Source: an uncultured virus (IMG/VR IMGVR_UViG_3300036944_000487) (Duplodnaviria; Heunggongvirae; Uroviricota; Caudoviricetes). Taken from it: a stretch of DNA of 64,000 nucleotides. The notes beneath the pieces were generated by a model. The model worked only from the letters and a program-made list of their open reading frames with translations, ran no database searches and had not been told where the DNA came from. Shown here in pieces: positions 56,305 through 64,000 of this stretch. The position numbers and the translations under genes are program-made. How positions within the stretch are numbered: the first letter of the stretch is position 1; each line of letters opens with the position of its first letter. The stretch lies in the IMG/VR virus record IMGVR_UViG_3300036944_000487; one strand, written 5' to 3'.

Positions 56305-57209
56305 TACACGCCAGAAGCACCGACACCCTCAAGCAGCTTGGTGACGGCCTGACCCACAAAGGAATCACCCAACTTGTTGGTTCCGTCTGCGACGGTGGCT
56401 TCGTCCGTAGCACGACGAGTGCTCCAAGAGTCGATCAGCAGCTTGGCCGCTTTCTGTTCTGCGTCTCGCGTGAAGCCTGTGGTCTGAGCTCCGTACAAAG
56501 CCTTCTGCTTGCCCACCACACTGTTCGCGTCCGTACCTGCTTCGATCGTCTGAGCCTTCTCGGTGTTCGTCTTCCACAGCAGCAAGGAAGTTTCCTGGGC
56601 GGTCTTCAGCTTGGTCTCCAGCAGAACATCCAGCTCCACTTGCAGCTTTTCCTTTTGAGCGTCCAGGACCAGACCCTCGGTAACAGCATTCGCTGTCTGC
56701 TGGTTTACCAGCAGCGTCTGGGCAGCGATCTGCAGACCTCGAGTAATCAACTCCGCAGTCTGCTGGATGGCTTGATCCTTGTTGGCATCAATGAGCAGAC
56801 CCTGCTTGGGAATGTTCGCTGCCTCAGCCGTGAGGTTCGCTTGCTGTTGTTCGATCAGCAAGGTCTGTGCTTCGATCTGTGCGATCTCAGCCGGGATCTT
56901 GGCTTGACTGGCCGTGAGCATGGCCAGCTCAACGGTGGCCTTCTGAACCTGCAACTCGGCCAGAGCCAGTTGCTGAGTCAGGATGTCTGCTTCCAGACCA
57001 ATCTTGTGCTTCTGAGCCAGGAAGTTCAGACCCGTCTGCATCGCCAGATTCAGCGAGCCCAGATAGACCGTGGCGTACTCGGCACCCTTGATCGCACCAC
57101 GCTTGAACTCTTCATCGAGGTGGCTTTTCACTGCCCGCATCAGGACATCAAAAAGCCCCTCCCCGTCAGGGAATGTCGTGGTCAGGTCATCAGTGGTGAT
57201 GGTCGTCAT
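56304..57209 (-). CDS. structural protein (N4 gp54-like)
   Basis: G.G.FD.LM....HL..EF....I.G.EYA.VY; GKQK.LY..Q...F.RDAE.KAAK. Confidence 0.85.
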   Translation of the reverse strand: MTTITTDDLTTTFPDGEGLFDVLMRAVKSHLDEEFKRGAIKGAEYATVYLGSLNLAMQTGLNFLAQKHKIGLEADILTQQLALAELQVQKATVELAMLTASQAKIPAEIAQIEAQTLLIEQQQANLTAEAANIPKQGLLIDANKDQAIQQTAELITRGLQIAAQTLLVNQQTANAVTEGLVLDAQKEKLQVELDVLLETKLKTAQETSLLLWKTNTEKAQTIEAGTDANSVVGKQKALYGAQTTGFTRDAEQKAAKLLIDSWSTRRATDEATVADGTNKLGDSFVGQAVTKLLEGVGASGV

Positions 57210-57235
57210 GGTCTACCTGGTTCAGTTGCTGGAGA

Positions 57236-57784
57236 TCAGTCCGTCTCAGCCATGGCCTGACGTTGAGCCAGGTCACGAAGCTCTTCCTGCGTCAGCGGAG
57301 GAAGGATCTCGATAGCAAACTCCTTGATGAGCTTGCCTTGCTTGATCGACACACCGTTCTTCGTCTTGGACGTGACGAAAATCTGGCACATGCGGTCTTG
57401 CATGAAGTCCAGGAGGATCTTGGGCACATGCCAGCCATCCTCAGCGTTGAAGGGGACGAACTTCGTCACCGTACCCACGAGGGAGTTCCCGACAGTGAAC
57501 AGCTCACCTTGCCACTCGGCTTTGATGGGGTTCATGCAGGCGAGACGAATTCGGATCAGAACCAGCTGCTCGTTGCGCATGCGCTCCAGAGCCTGGCCTT
57601 CGGTTTCTTTGAATACGTCGACAGCAGCCTTTTCCGGCTCCTTGGGCTTGTCACCCATCACAGCACTTAGCTTCTCTTTCAGCTTCTCGACGCCGATGGA
57701 AGGGTGGTACAGGACGCCCAGCAAATCAGCTCGGGCCTTCAGGGTGGACAGCTCGTCTTGGGTCAGTTCGGACATGGTGCTCAT
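57236..57784 (-). CDS. N4 gp55-like protein
   Basis: LKARADLLG..YHP.IG.EKL, R.R..CMNP.K, KEFAIE.LPPLT..EL..LA. Confidence 0.85.
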   Translation of the reverse strand: MSTMSELTQDELSTLKARADLLGVLYHPSIGVEKLKEKLSAVMGDKPKEPEKAAVDVFKETEGQALERMRNEQLVLIRIRLACMNPIKAEWQGELFTVGNSLVGTVTKFVPFNAEDGWHVPKILLDFMQDRMCQIFVTSKTKNGVSIKQGKLIKEFAIEILPPLTQEELRDLAQRQAMAETD

Positions 57785-57797
57785 CTCGTTGTAGGTT

Positions 57798-57822
57798 AAA
57801 AAGTAGGGGCCGAAGCCCCTAC
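57798..57822 (-). terminator. Terminator after major capsid gene
   Basis: Minus strand GTAGGGGC-TTCG-GCCCCTAC-TTTTT. Confidence 0.8.
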
Positions 57823-57838
57823 CTCACTCGACACTGGC

Positions 57839-59344
57839 TTAGATGCGGGCCAGCGAACGCAGGAGAGCCAGGCGCTCCGGACGCAGCAGCATGAAGGCGT
57901 AGTACCACTTGATCGACATGAAGCCGGTCTCGCCGTACGGATCGTTCCGGTCTGCAGTCTCCATGCCAGGCTTCTTGTGCATGATCGTGAACTTCACGGT
58001 CTTGCCATCGGTCTGGAAGCCGATCGTTGCGAAGCTCTCGTCACCCACCACCAGCAGCGGGAACACGTCGAATCGACCCGCCGTGGTGTAGAAGTCGGCA
58101 GCAGACGTGGTACCCGTGGGCCAGGTGGTAGCTGCACTGGTCAGAGCACCAGCACCCGCCCACTTCAGCATCTCCGGAACCACGACCAGACGGAACGCAT
58201 CCACCGCACCGACTTCACCAACGAGGGTGTTGCCAGCTTCCGCGTACTTCTCGACCGAGACGAACGCCGGGTTGCCGTGCAGATCCTTCATGGCCTTGAA
58301 GGTCGGCAGCATCTCCGAGCCGATGTACAGCACTCGGCCAGACTGGATCGTCTTCGTATCCACCATGCGCGAGCCGGTGATGTACGTGGTCTTCTTCGGA
58401 GTGCGGTTGTTGTCCAGCGCGATCGACAGACGCATCAGCGCCTTGTAGTCCACCTCGCAGTTCGTGGTCGCACCGCTGGTGGGGATCATGCCCCGGTTGG
58501 TCGTTGCACCGCCGCAGAAGATGTTCGTGCCAGCCGAGTTGATCAGGTCGACCTGGAGAGCGTCTTCCGTGATCTCGTTGGCACCACGAAGCATCTCGCG
58601 GTTGATGTGCATCGCCAGGTCAGCGTCCGAGTCGAAGTCCATCGACTCTTGGGTGTACTCGTCGAAGAAGCCGAACTTGGCGAGGGTGCCTTCCAGCTCC
58701 TTACGCTTGAAGCCCACCTTGTTGACCTTGCCACCGGTTTCCGACAGAGCCGGGAGCTTGCCGCTGACGGCACCGATGTCCTTCGAAGAACCCCACAGGT
58801 TGCCCGAACCCTGTTGCTTCACGGCACCGATGTTGTAGCCGACGATGGTGGTGACAGCGGCTTCCGTCGCGTACTTCACCGAGGTCTTGTTCATCGTGAT
58901 GAGACGGTAACCCGTGCCACCCGAATCAGCAGCACCAGCCACAGCGACCGTTTCAGCACCACGCGCAGCGGTGTTGACGTTGGCGTTGATGGCCGTGACC
59001 TTGGCAGCGTAGCCAGCTTCCAGGTCGATCCACTGAGCCGGGAAGTTGGCGAAGAAGTCCGTGGTCAGGATGGTCGCACCGTTGGCGTCCAGGCCTTGGT
59101 CGTTCAGGTTGCGGTCGTCCAGCATCGGGAGATACAGGTACCGCTTGATCTTCTTGCCCATGTTCTTGGGCATCGAGACCACATCGGCCAGTTGGCCGAA
59201 GTACTGCTCCTTGACGACTTCGATCAGGGCTTTCTTCTGATAGAAGAAGTCGTTGCTCAGCTGGCCGATCTGGGTCACGCCGTTGATGATGCCCGAGCTG
59301 TTGACGCTCGAGCTGGTACCGCCCGTGTTGTACTTGGTGGTCAT
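57839..59344 (-). CDS. Major capsid protein, N4-gp56 family
   Basis: KKALI....EQYF.QLA....MPK.MGK.IK, GNL.GSSKDIG, DPYGETGF.SIKWYY; start at ATG 59344 with AAGGA RBS (501 aa). Confidence 0.95.
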   Translation of the reverse strand: MTTKYNTGGTSSSVNSSGIINGVTQIGQLSNDFFYQKKALIEVVKEQYFGQLADVVSMPKNMGKKIKRYLYLPMLDDRNLNDQGLDANGATILTTDFFANFPAQWIDLEAGYAAKVTAINANVNTAARGAETVAVAGAADSGGTGYRLITMNKTSVKYATEAAVTTIVGYNIGAVKQQGSGNLWGSSKDIGAVSGKLPALSETGGKVNKVGFKRKELEGTLAKFGFFDEYTQESMDFDSDADLAMHINREMLRGANEITEDALQVDLINSAGTNIFCGGATTNRGMIPTSGATTNCEVDYKALMRLSIALDNNRTPKKTTYITGSRMVDTKTIQSGRVLYIGSEMLPTFKAMKDLHGNPAFVSVEKYAEAGNTLVGEVGAVDAFRLVVVPEMLKWAGAGALTSAATTWPTGTTSAADFYTTAGRFDVFPLLVVGDESFATIGFQTDGKTVKFTIMHKKPGMETADRNDPYGETGFMSIKWYYAFMLLRPERLALLRSLARI

Positions 59345-59369
59345 ATCGATTCCTTTGATGTGGTTCTGC

Positions 59370-60530
59370 TTAGAACCGTTTGGTAGCCAGCTTGCTGAAC
59401 TCTTCATCCGACATCGACAGCGGATTGAAGTCCGCAGGAGTCGTTGAAGGTGCAGCAGCTTTCGTGGAGCTTGCAGCTCGTCTCTTGTCTTTCAACGTGT
59501 CGTCCTCGGCCACCTTGGCTTTCGGTTGCACGACCTCCAGAGGCTTGGGACGGTTCGTCACCTGGTTCTGAACCAAGTGGTTGAAGCCGCCTCGAGCCTG
59601 GATCGCGTCACCGGTTTGCCGGTAGGCTTCGATGTCAGACATGCCATTCAAGCGACCAAGCATTCGTTGCTTCTCGATCTCGGTACTGATCAGGTCATAG
59701 ATGCCACTTGCAACATGGTCATTGATGACTTTCAGCAGTTGAGGCGACTGAGCCACGACTTGCTTGCTTGCAACGTCCCACTTATTGCTGACCACATCGA
59801 GGGTCCGGGTGTACGCAGGAGAGCCTTGGAGCTCATCCAGAACCGTATCCAGTTCCATCTCACGATCGTCAACAGCGTAAGCAGTCTGCTTGTAAGCGCT
59901 TGCCTTCTCAGCATCCAGATCCATCGGATCCAGACCGCTGTCCTTCACCAGCTTGTTGATTGCGGCTGGGTCTTTCTTACCCAGGTCAATCAGAAAGCCA
60001 ATTTTTTCCTCGCTCAGGAAGCCGTTGTTCTCAAGCATCTTCATGAGCTTGAGGTTCGGCTTGAGCGCGGCCATCTTCTTGTTGTAGTTGGCTCCCATCT
60101 GCATCAGAGCAACAGCGTCCTCGACACTGTCGACCTGGATGTCCCGGCCATTGGCCTTGAAGGGAGCCAGCAACTTCTTGTACTCAGCCTCGAAGTCGAT
60201 CGCAGCCTTTTCTTTGGCTGCGTCTTCCTTCGGGGCTTCGTCTTTCGTTTCCTTCGGAGCATCAGTCGTTGCTTCTTCAGCAACCTTCTTCTTGCTCTTG
60301 TCCGCGTCAGCCGCATCCTCCGCGTCCGGCTTGTCGCCGTCCGCTTCGTCAGCGTCTTCCGCTTTGGTTTCTTCTTCCTTGGCTTCGTCTGCGTCGTCTG
60401 CAGCAGCAACCTCTTCTGTCACCTCAGCAACAGGTGCCGTCTCACTCGGAGGAGCTGCGTTGAGCATCTCCTCATCGGACATGTTCAGGTAGTCCAGTTC
60501 GGTCACGGTCTTGTCGGTCGCATCAGCCAC
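59370..60530 (-). CDS. N4 gp57-like protein (scaffold/tape-measure-like)
   Basis: MSDEE at both ends, PFKANG, LMQMGANY.KKM; GTG start with GAGGAG RBS. Confidence 0.85.
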   Translation of the reverse strand: MADATDKTVTELDYLNMSDEEMLNAAPPSETAPVAEVTEEVAAADDADEAKEEETKAEDADEADGDKPDAEDAADADKSKKKVAEEATTDAPKETKDEAPKEDAAKEKAAIDFEAEYKKLLAPFKANGRDIQVDSVEDAVALMQMGANYNKKMAALKPNLKLMKMLENNGFLSEEKIGFLIDLGKKDPAAINKLVKDSGLDPMDLDAEKASAYKQTAYAVDDREMELDTVLDELQGSPAYTRTLDVVSNKWDVASKQVVAQSPQLLKVINDHVASGIYDLISTEIEKQRMLGRLNGMSDIEAYRQTGDAIQARGGFNHLVQNQVTNRPKPLEVVQPKAKVAEDDTLKDKRRAASSTKAAAPSTTPADFNPLSMSDEEFSKLATKRF

Positions 60531-60870
60531 GTTGCTGCTCCTCGGCATTCATCTCTTCCAGCATCGCTTCGGACGAAGCGATGTTGTTGTGGGCCATCGA
60601 GGCCTGTTGGCTGATCGTCTGGAAGTACTGCAGCAAACCACCGATGGCATCGATCTGAGCCAGGATGGAAGCCTTGCGCTCCGGGGTCTGCATCGCTGCA
60701 TTGCCCTTCAGATGCACCAGGCGGACAGCTTCCTTCTCCAGATACCCTTCCACGATGACTTTCTTGAAGTCAGCGTTGAATGTCAGACGTTCCAGAGCGT
60801 TGTCCATCTCCACAAACTGGCGAGATGCCTTGATACTGTCTTCGAGTTGCGAAACCGGGTCTTGCGTCAT
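60523..60870 (-). CDS. N4 gp58-like protein
   Basis: AL.RL..N.DFKKVI..GY...EAVRLV; synteny. Confidence 0.82.
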   Translation of the reverse strand: MTQDPVSQLEDSIKASRQFVEMDNALERLTFNADFKKVIVEGYLEKEAVRLVHLKGNAAMQTPERKASILAQIDAIGGLLQYFQTISQQASMAHNNIASSEAMLEEMNAEEQQRG

Positions 60871-60902
60871 GTGTTCTATCAGTGCTGTCAGGAGTTAATA
60901 GA

Positions 60903-60926
60903 TACTGGCCTACTTCTAGGCCAGTA
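60903..60926 (-). terminator. Stem-loop after portal gene
   Basis: TACTGGCCTA-CTTC-TAGGCCAGTA, 10-bp perfect stem. Confidence 0.55.
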
Positions 60927-60935
60927 ATATACCAA

Positions 60936-63116
60936 CTATTTTGATTTGCGAGATTTCACATACTCTTTGACGAGATCTAGTTGCCGATCTTTCGCATTTT
61001 CTTCCCGAGTAAGGCCATGTTCCAGGAGTTTCAGTTGAGCCTGGCTTCGAGCCTGCTCACCATGCAGTTCCTTGTTGCGTTCCTGGGTAACACCCGACTC
61101 TTGCTCCACAAAATCAAGGTTTTTCTTGTCGGTATCCGACTGGAGATTCCCAGCCTTGGCACCTTCGGTCCCCACTTTGGCTCCAGCGAGCTGTGCGCTC
61201 GCTTGGTAGCTCATGGCCTTGGCTTGAATCTCCATGATTTCCGCCTCGAGCTTGGCAATCTGGAGTTCCTGAATCCGCTGCTGCATGGGATCAGGCTGCG
61301 GCTCGTAGTTTTCGATCTTCTTGGCCATATCTGGCATCTTTCGGAGACGTGCGATGTCACCCAGGATCATCTTGTTCAGGCCCTGGTCACCGTTGGGTGC
61401 CGTGGTCTGGTACATGAAGGCCAGTTGCTCGGCCTTGTTGTTGTCTTCCTCAGCCGTGGAGATCGAGAGCTCCAGATCGAACTGACCAGCCAGATCATCC
61501 CGGCGCACCTTGATGAATTCGGTGTTGGTGACCCGCACCACTTCCTCATCCGAGAGGAATTCCGAGTTCATCGAGATCATCTTGCGACCGATCTTGACGA
61601 TGCCGTTGCTCAGTCGACGCAGGATGCCCAGCTCACGCTTGGAAGCAGCGTCCAGAGCACCACGAACACCTGCTGCCACGTCACCCAGGGTTGCCCCGGA
61701 GACACCTTGGCTCCATGACTTCACACCCGTAAGCGATTCCGCCTCGAAGTTCTGCAGCTGCAGCATGAACTGGGCTGAATTCGGGATTTCCGGGTAGGTG
61801 TGCATGAAGATGCCCTGCCTCGGATCGACGTTGGCGTTGAACTCGTAGTCCTGCCCCTTGTCGAACTTCCTCCGGTTGGTCACATCGAGCATGTCCCGGC
61901 GAATACCGGTCTGGCCGTTGGCCGACTTGCCCATGATGTCGATCATTCCTCGGGTCACAGCCCCGATCACCCGCTGGTTGTCCTCCAGCAGAGCACCATC
62001 TGGCTCTCCGTGGATGGCTCGACGCACCGGCAGGTACTGTTCGACCACGAACGGCACCTTTTTGTCCGGAAACGGGGTCTCTTCCATGCGGATCAGCGTG
62101 TCACCGACCCAGGCTGCGACGAAAGACTTGACCTTCCCGGTCCCTTCGATGTCCCACTGACCCCAGTACTGGTGCACAACGAACTTCTTTCGCGGCTCAT
62201 CCGTGAAATTGAAGTTGTGTTCGCCCCCATCAGGAGCGTGATCCGGCTGACTCAGCACCGAGTTGTTGCTGATCTGGATCTTGTCGAGGTTCTTGTACCG
62301 TTTGTCCTTGCGAAGGACCGACAGAGAAGTCTCGAACGACTCGATGGCGAAGCCACACTTGTCGATATTCCCCATGCAGGTGGGATCAAACCGCACATTC
62401 CGGTAGTCACACACCTCCAGAGTGGGCCGGTTGAGCACCGTACGCATCCGAGTCTCGGTTTTCTGCCCAATGATCCGTGGCTCGACGGGAACGCCCCGCT
62501 CAACACTCAGATCGTGGGCTTCCTTGAGCTCTTCCGGCACATCCGTGGCGTACTGGCTCGGGGATTCTTCCTTCATCTGGGCTAGTTGCTCATGCAACGG
62601 AGCCAGTTCAGGGTTCACGACGAACTGAACGTGCGGACCAACCCACTCGTACTCCTCTTCTTCGAACTCCCAGCCCACCTTGACGATCACCGTGCCTTCA
62701 TCGACGGCTGCACGGACGTACTCGTCGATGAATCTCACCTTGTCGATCGACGAATTGAACTGGTGGTTCAGCAGTAGCTGGTTCTGTTGAGCCGATTCCC
62801 GGTCTTCCCAGGTCTTCGGCTTGACCTTGAAGATGTCGGGCGTACTGAGGAAGGGTTCACTCAGTGCTGCATACCGCCATTCGGCCTGCTTCCGAATCAA
62901 CTTCGGGACGATCGATGAGTTGCCTGCCTGGGTTTGGATCTTGGCCGCACCCGTCACATTCAGGTTGTCCAGCCAGGTGTTGATCTGGGATACCTGGGCA
63001 TCGTGGATCGGCTTGGCATCCTGCATGTCCTGCTTCAGCGCCAGCAGCGACGGAGGATTCGCCCAGTTGGTGAGCTTCTTAGGCCCCAGATCAGTACTCT
63101 GCTCTTGCTCGCTCAT
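60936..63116 (-). CDS. Portal protein (N4 gp59-like)
   Basis: PKLIRKQAEWRY.ALSEPFL, GAVTRGMID.MG.SANGQ, LDFVEQESG; start placed at MSEQEQ. Confidence 0.93.
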   Translation of the reverse strand: MSEQEQSTDLGPKKLTNWANPPSLLALKQDMQDAKPIHDAQVSQINTWLDNLNVTGAAKIQTQAGNSSIVPKLIRKQAEWRYAALSEPFLSTPDIFKVKPKTWEDRESAQQNQLLLNHQFNSSIDKVRFIDEYVRAAVDEGTVIVKVGWEFEEEEYEWVGPHVQFVVNPELAPLHEQLAQMKEESPSQYATDVPEELKEAHDLSVERGVPVEPRIIGQKTETRMRTVLNRPTLEVCDYRNVRFDPTCMGNIDKCGFAIESFETSLSVLRKDKRYKNLDKIQISNNSVLSQPDHAPDGGEHNFNFTDEPRKKFVVHQYWGQWDIEGTGKVKSFVAAWVGDTLIRMEETPFPDKKVPFVVEQYLPVRRAIHGEPDGALLEDNQRVIGAVTRGMIDIMGKSANGQTGIRRDMLDVTNRRKFDKGQDYEFNANVDPRQGIFMHTYPEIPNSAQFMLQLQNFEAESLTGVKSWSQGVSGATLGDVAAGVRGALDAASKRELGILRRLSNGIVKIGRKMISMNSEFLSDEEVVRVTNTEFIKVRRDDLAGQFDLELSISTAEEDNNKAEQLAFMYQTTAPNGDQGLNKMILGDIARLRKMPDMAKKIENYEPQPDPMQQRIQELQIAKLEAEIMEIQAKAMSYQASAQLAGAKVGTEGAKAGNLQSDTDKKNLDFVEQESGVTQERNKELHGEQARSQAQLKLLEHGLTREENAKDRQLDLVKEYVKSRKSK

Positions 63117-63174
63117 AATGATTTGAAACCCCTGTAGATACAATCTGCGAACCAACACCAGAAGTAGACCGAAT

Positions 63175-63594
63175 ATGCGAATCCAGTCTCTCAATAATGG
63201 TTTCATTATGCCAACAAAAGGTTCCAGCCAATCTGGGGCCTATGACATCTACATGCCTGAGCCAGGTATGGTGGGTAACTACGCCAAACTCATCGGCTTG
63301 GGTTTTGCAGCAGAAGTACCTGCTGGCCATGTGGCGCTTCTCCTCCCGAGAAGCAGTGCTGGAGCCAAGCATGGCCTCGAGCTCAACAACACCTGCGGCG
63401 TCATCGACTCGGATTACCGTGGCGAATGGAAAGCATCCCTTCGAACCAAGGGTGTGGACATGTTCGGGTGGAAAGCAGGAGAGCGTGTTCTCCAGTTCCT
63501 CATCGTCCCAGTGGCTCAGGTTCACCTGGAACTGGTGGATTCCGTCAGCAAGACTGAACGCGGCACAGGGGGCTTCGGCTCATCGGGCCAATGA
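63175..63594 (+). CDS. dut: dUTPase (trimeric)
   Basis: AYD, PRSS, GVIDSDYRGE, RG.GGFGSSG. Confidence 0.93.
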   Translation: MRIQSLNNGFIMPTKGSSQSGAYDIYMPEPGMVGNYAKLIGLGFAAEVPAGHVALLLPRSSAGAKHGLELNNTCGVIDSDYRGEWKASLRTKGVDMFGWKAGERVLQFLIVPVAQVHLELVDSVSKTERGTGGFGSSGQ

Positions 63595-63848
63595 ACAACA
63601 CCACCCTCATGTTCGACAAGGACAAGGCGAACCACATTGTCTGGGGCTACCTGGCTGCATCCTTGGCAGCAGGCTTGGTTCCTTTTGTAGGTCTGCCTCG
63701 CAACGTGGCAGCACAAGGAGCTTCCATCCTCGTGGGTACGTGCAAGGAGCTCTTCGACTGCACCTTCCGAGGCAAGAAGTTCGACCCGCTTGACCTCTTC
63801 GTCACAGCCCTGGCAGGTACTCCGGTTGCCTTGCTGGTTTCTATCTAG
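63591..63848 (+). CDS. small membrane protein
   Basis: DKANH...G, KEL.D.......D..D...T..G motif, hydrophobic. Confidence 0.65.
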   Translation: MNNTTLMFDKDKANHIVWGYLAASLAAGLVPFVGLPRNVAAQGASILVGTCKELFDCTFRGKKFDPLDLFVTALAGTPVALLVSI

Positions 63849-63856
63849 GACTGCGC

Positions 63857-64000
63857 ATGAGCATCACCATCGTCACGGAAGACCCAGCAGGGTCTCCCAT
63901 CGTAGAGGTCGAAGGTACTGTGACCCCCGTCCAAGGGGTCACAGCAGCAACTCAAGTGATCGACCGTGTCCCGATTCTGGTCAGTGATGCGGGCACCTCT
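63857..64000 (+). CDS. hypothetical protein, 3' truncated by window edge
   Basis: AGGA RBS, open to end of window. Confidence 0.5.
   Translation, partial: MSITIVTEDPAGSPIVEVEGTVTPVQGVTAATQVIDRVPILVSDAGTS

Overview
This window is most of the genome of an N4-like podophage (Schitoviridae). Hallmark genes are a two-subunit T7-type RNAPII, gp24/gp25 AAA-vWA pair, Dda-like helicase, family A DNA polymerase, gp42-gp45 replication block, a 3542-aa virion RNA polymerase, and gp51-gp59 structural genes including major capsid and portal. Terminase and the leftmost early genes are not in the window. Four features stand out. (1) A lysogeny island sits between gp24 and gp25, with a tyrosine integrase, a PrtN-like gene and an apparent intact attP carrying a replacement 5' end of host dusA (WKLSIAPMMDWTD), so this looks like a temperate, dusA-integrating N4-like phage. 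(2) A group I intron with a GIY-YIG ORF interrupts RNAPII subunit 2. (3) The class II ribonucleotide reductase is split into two genes by a split intein whose N-half is fused in frame to a GIY-YIG endonuclease. (4) A ~620-nt non-coding block of stacked RNA stems, including a degenerate tRNA-like domain, lies between the replication genes and vRNAP. All calls are by motif recognition and synteny from memory; no searches or folding programs were run.
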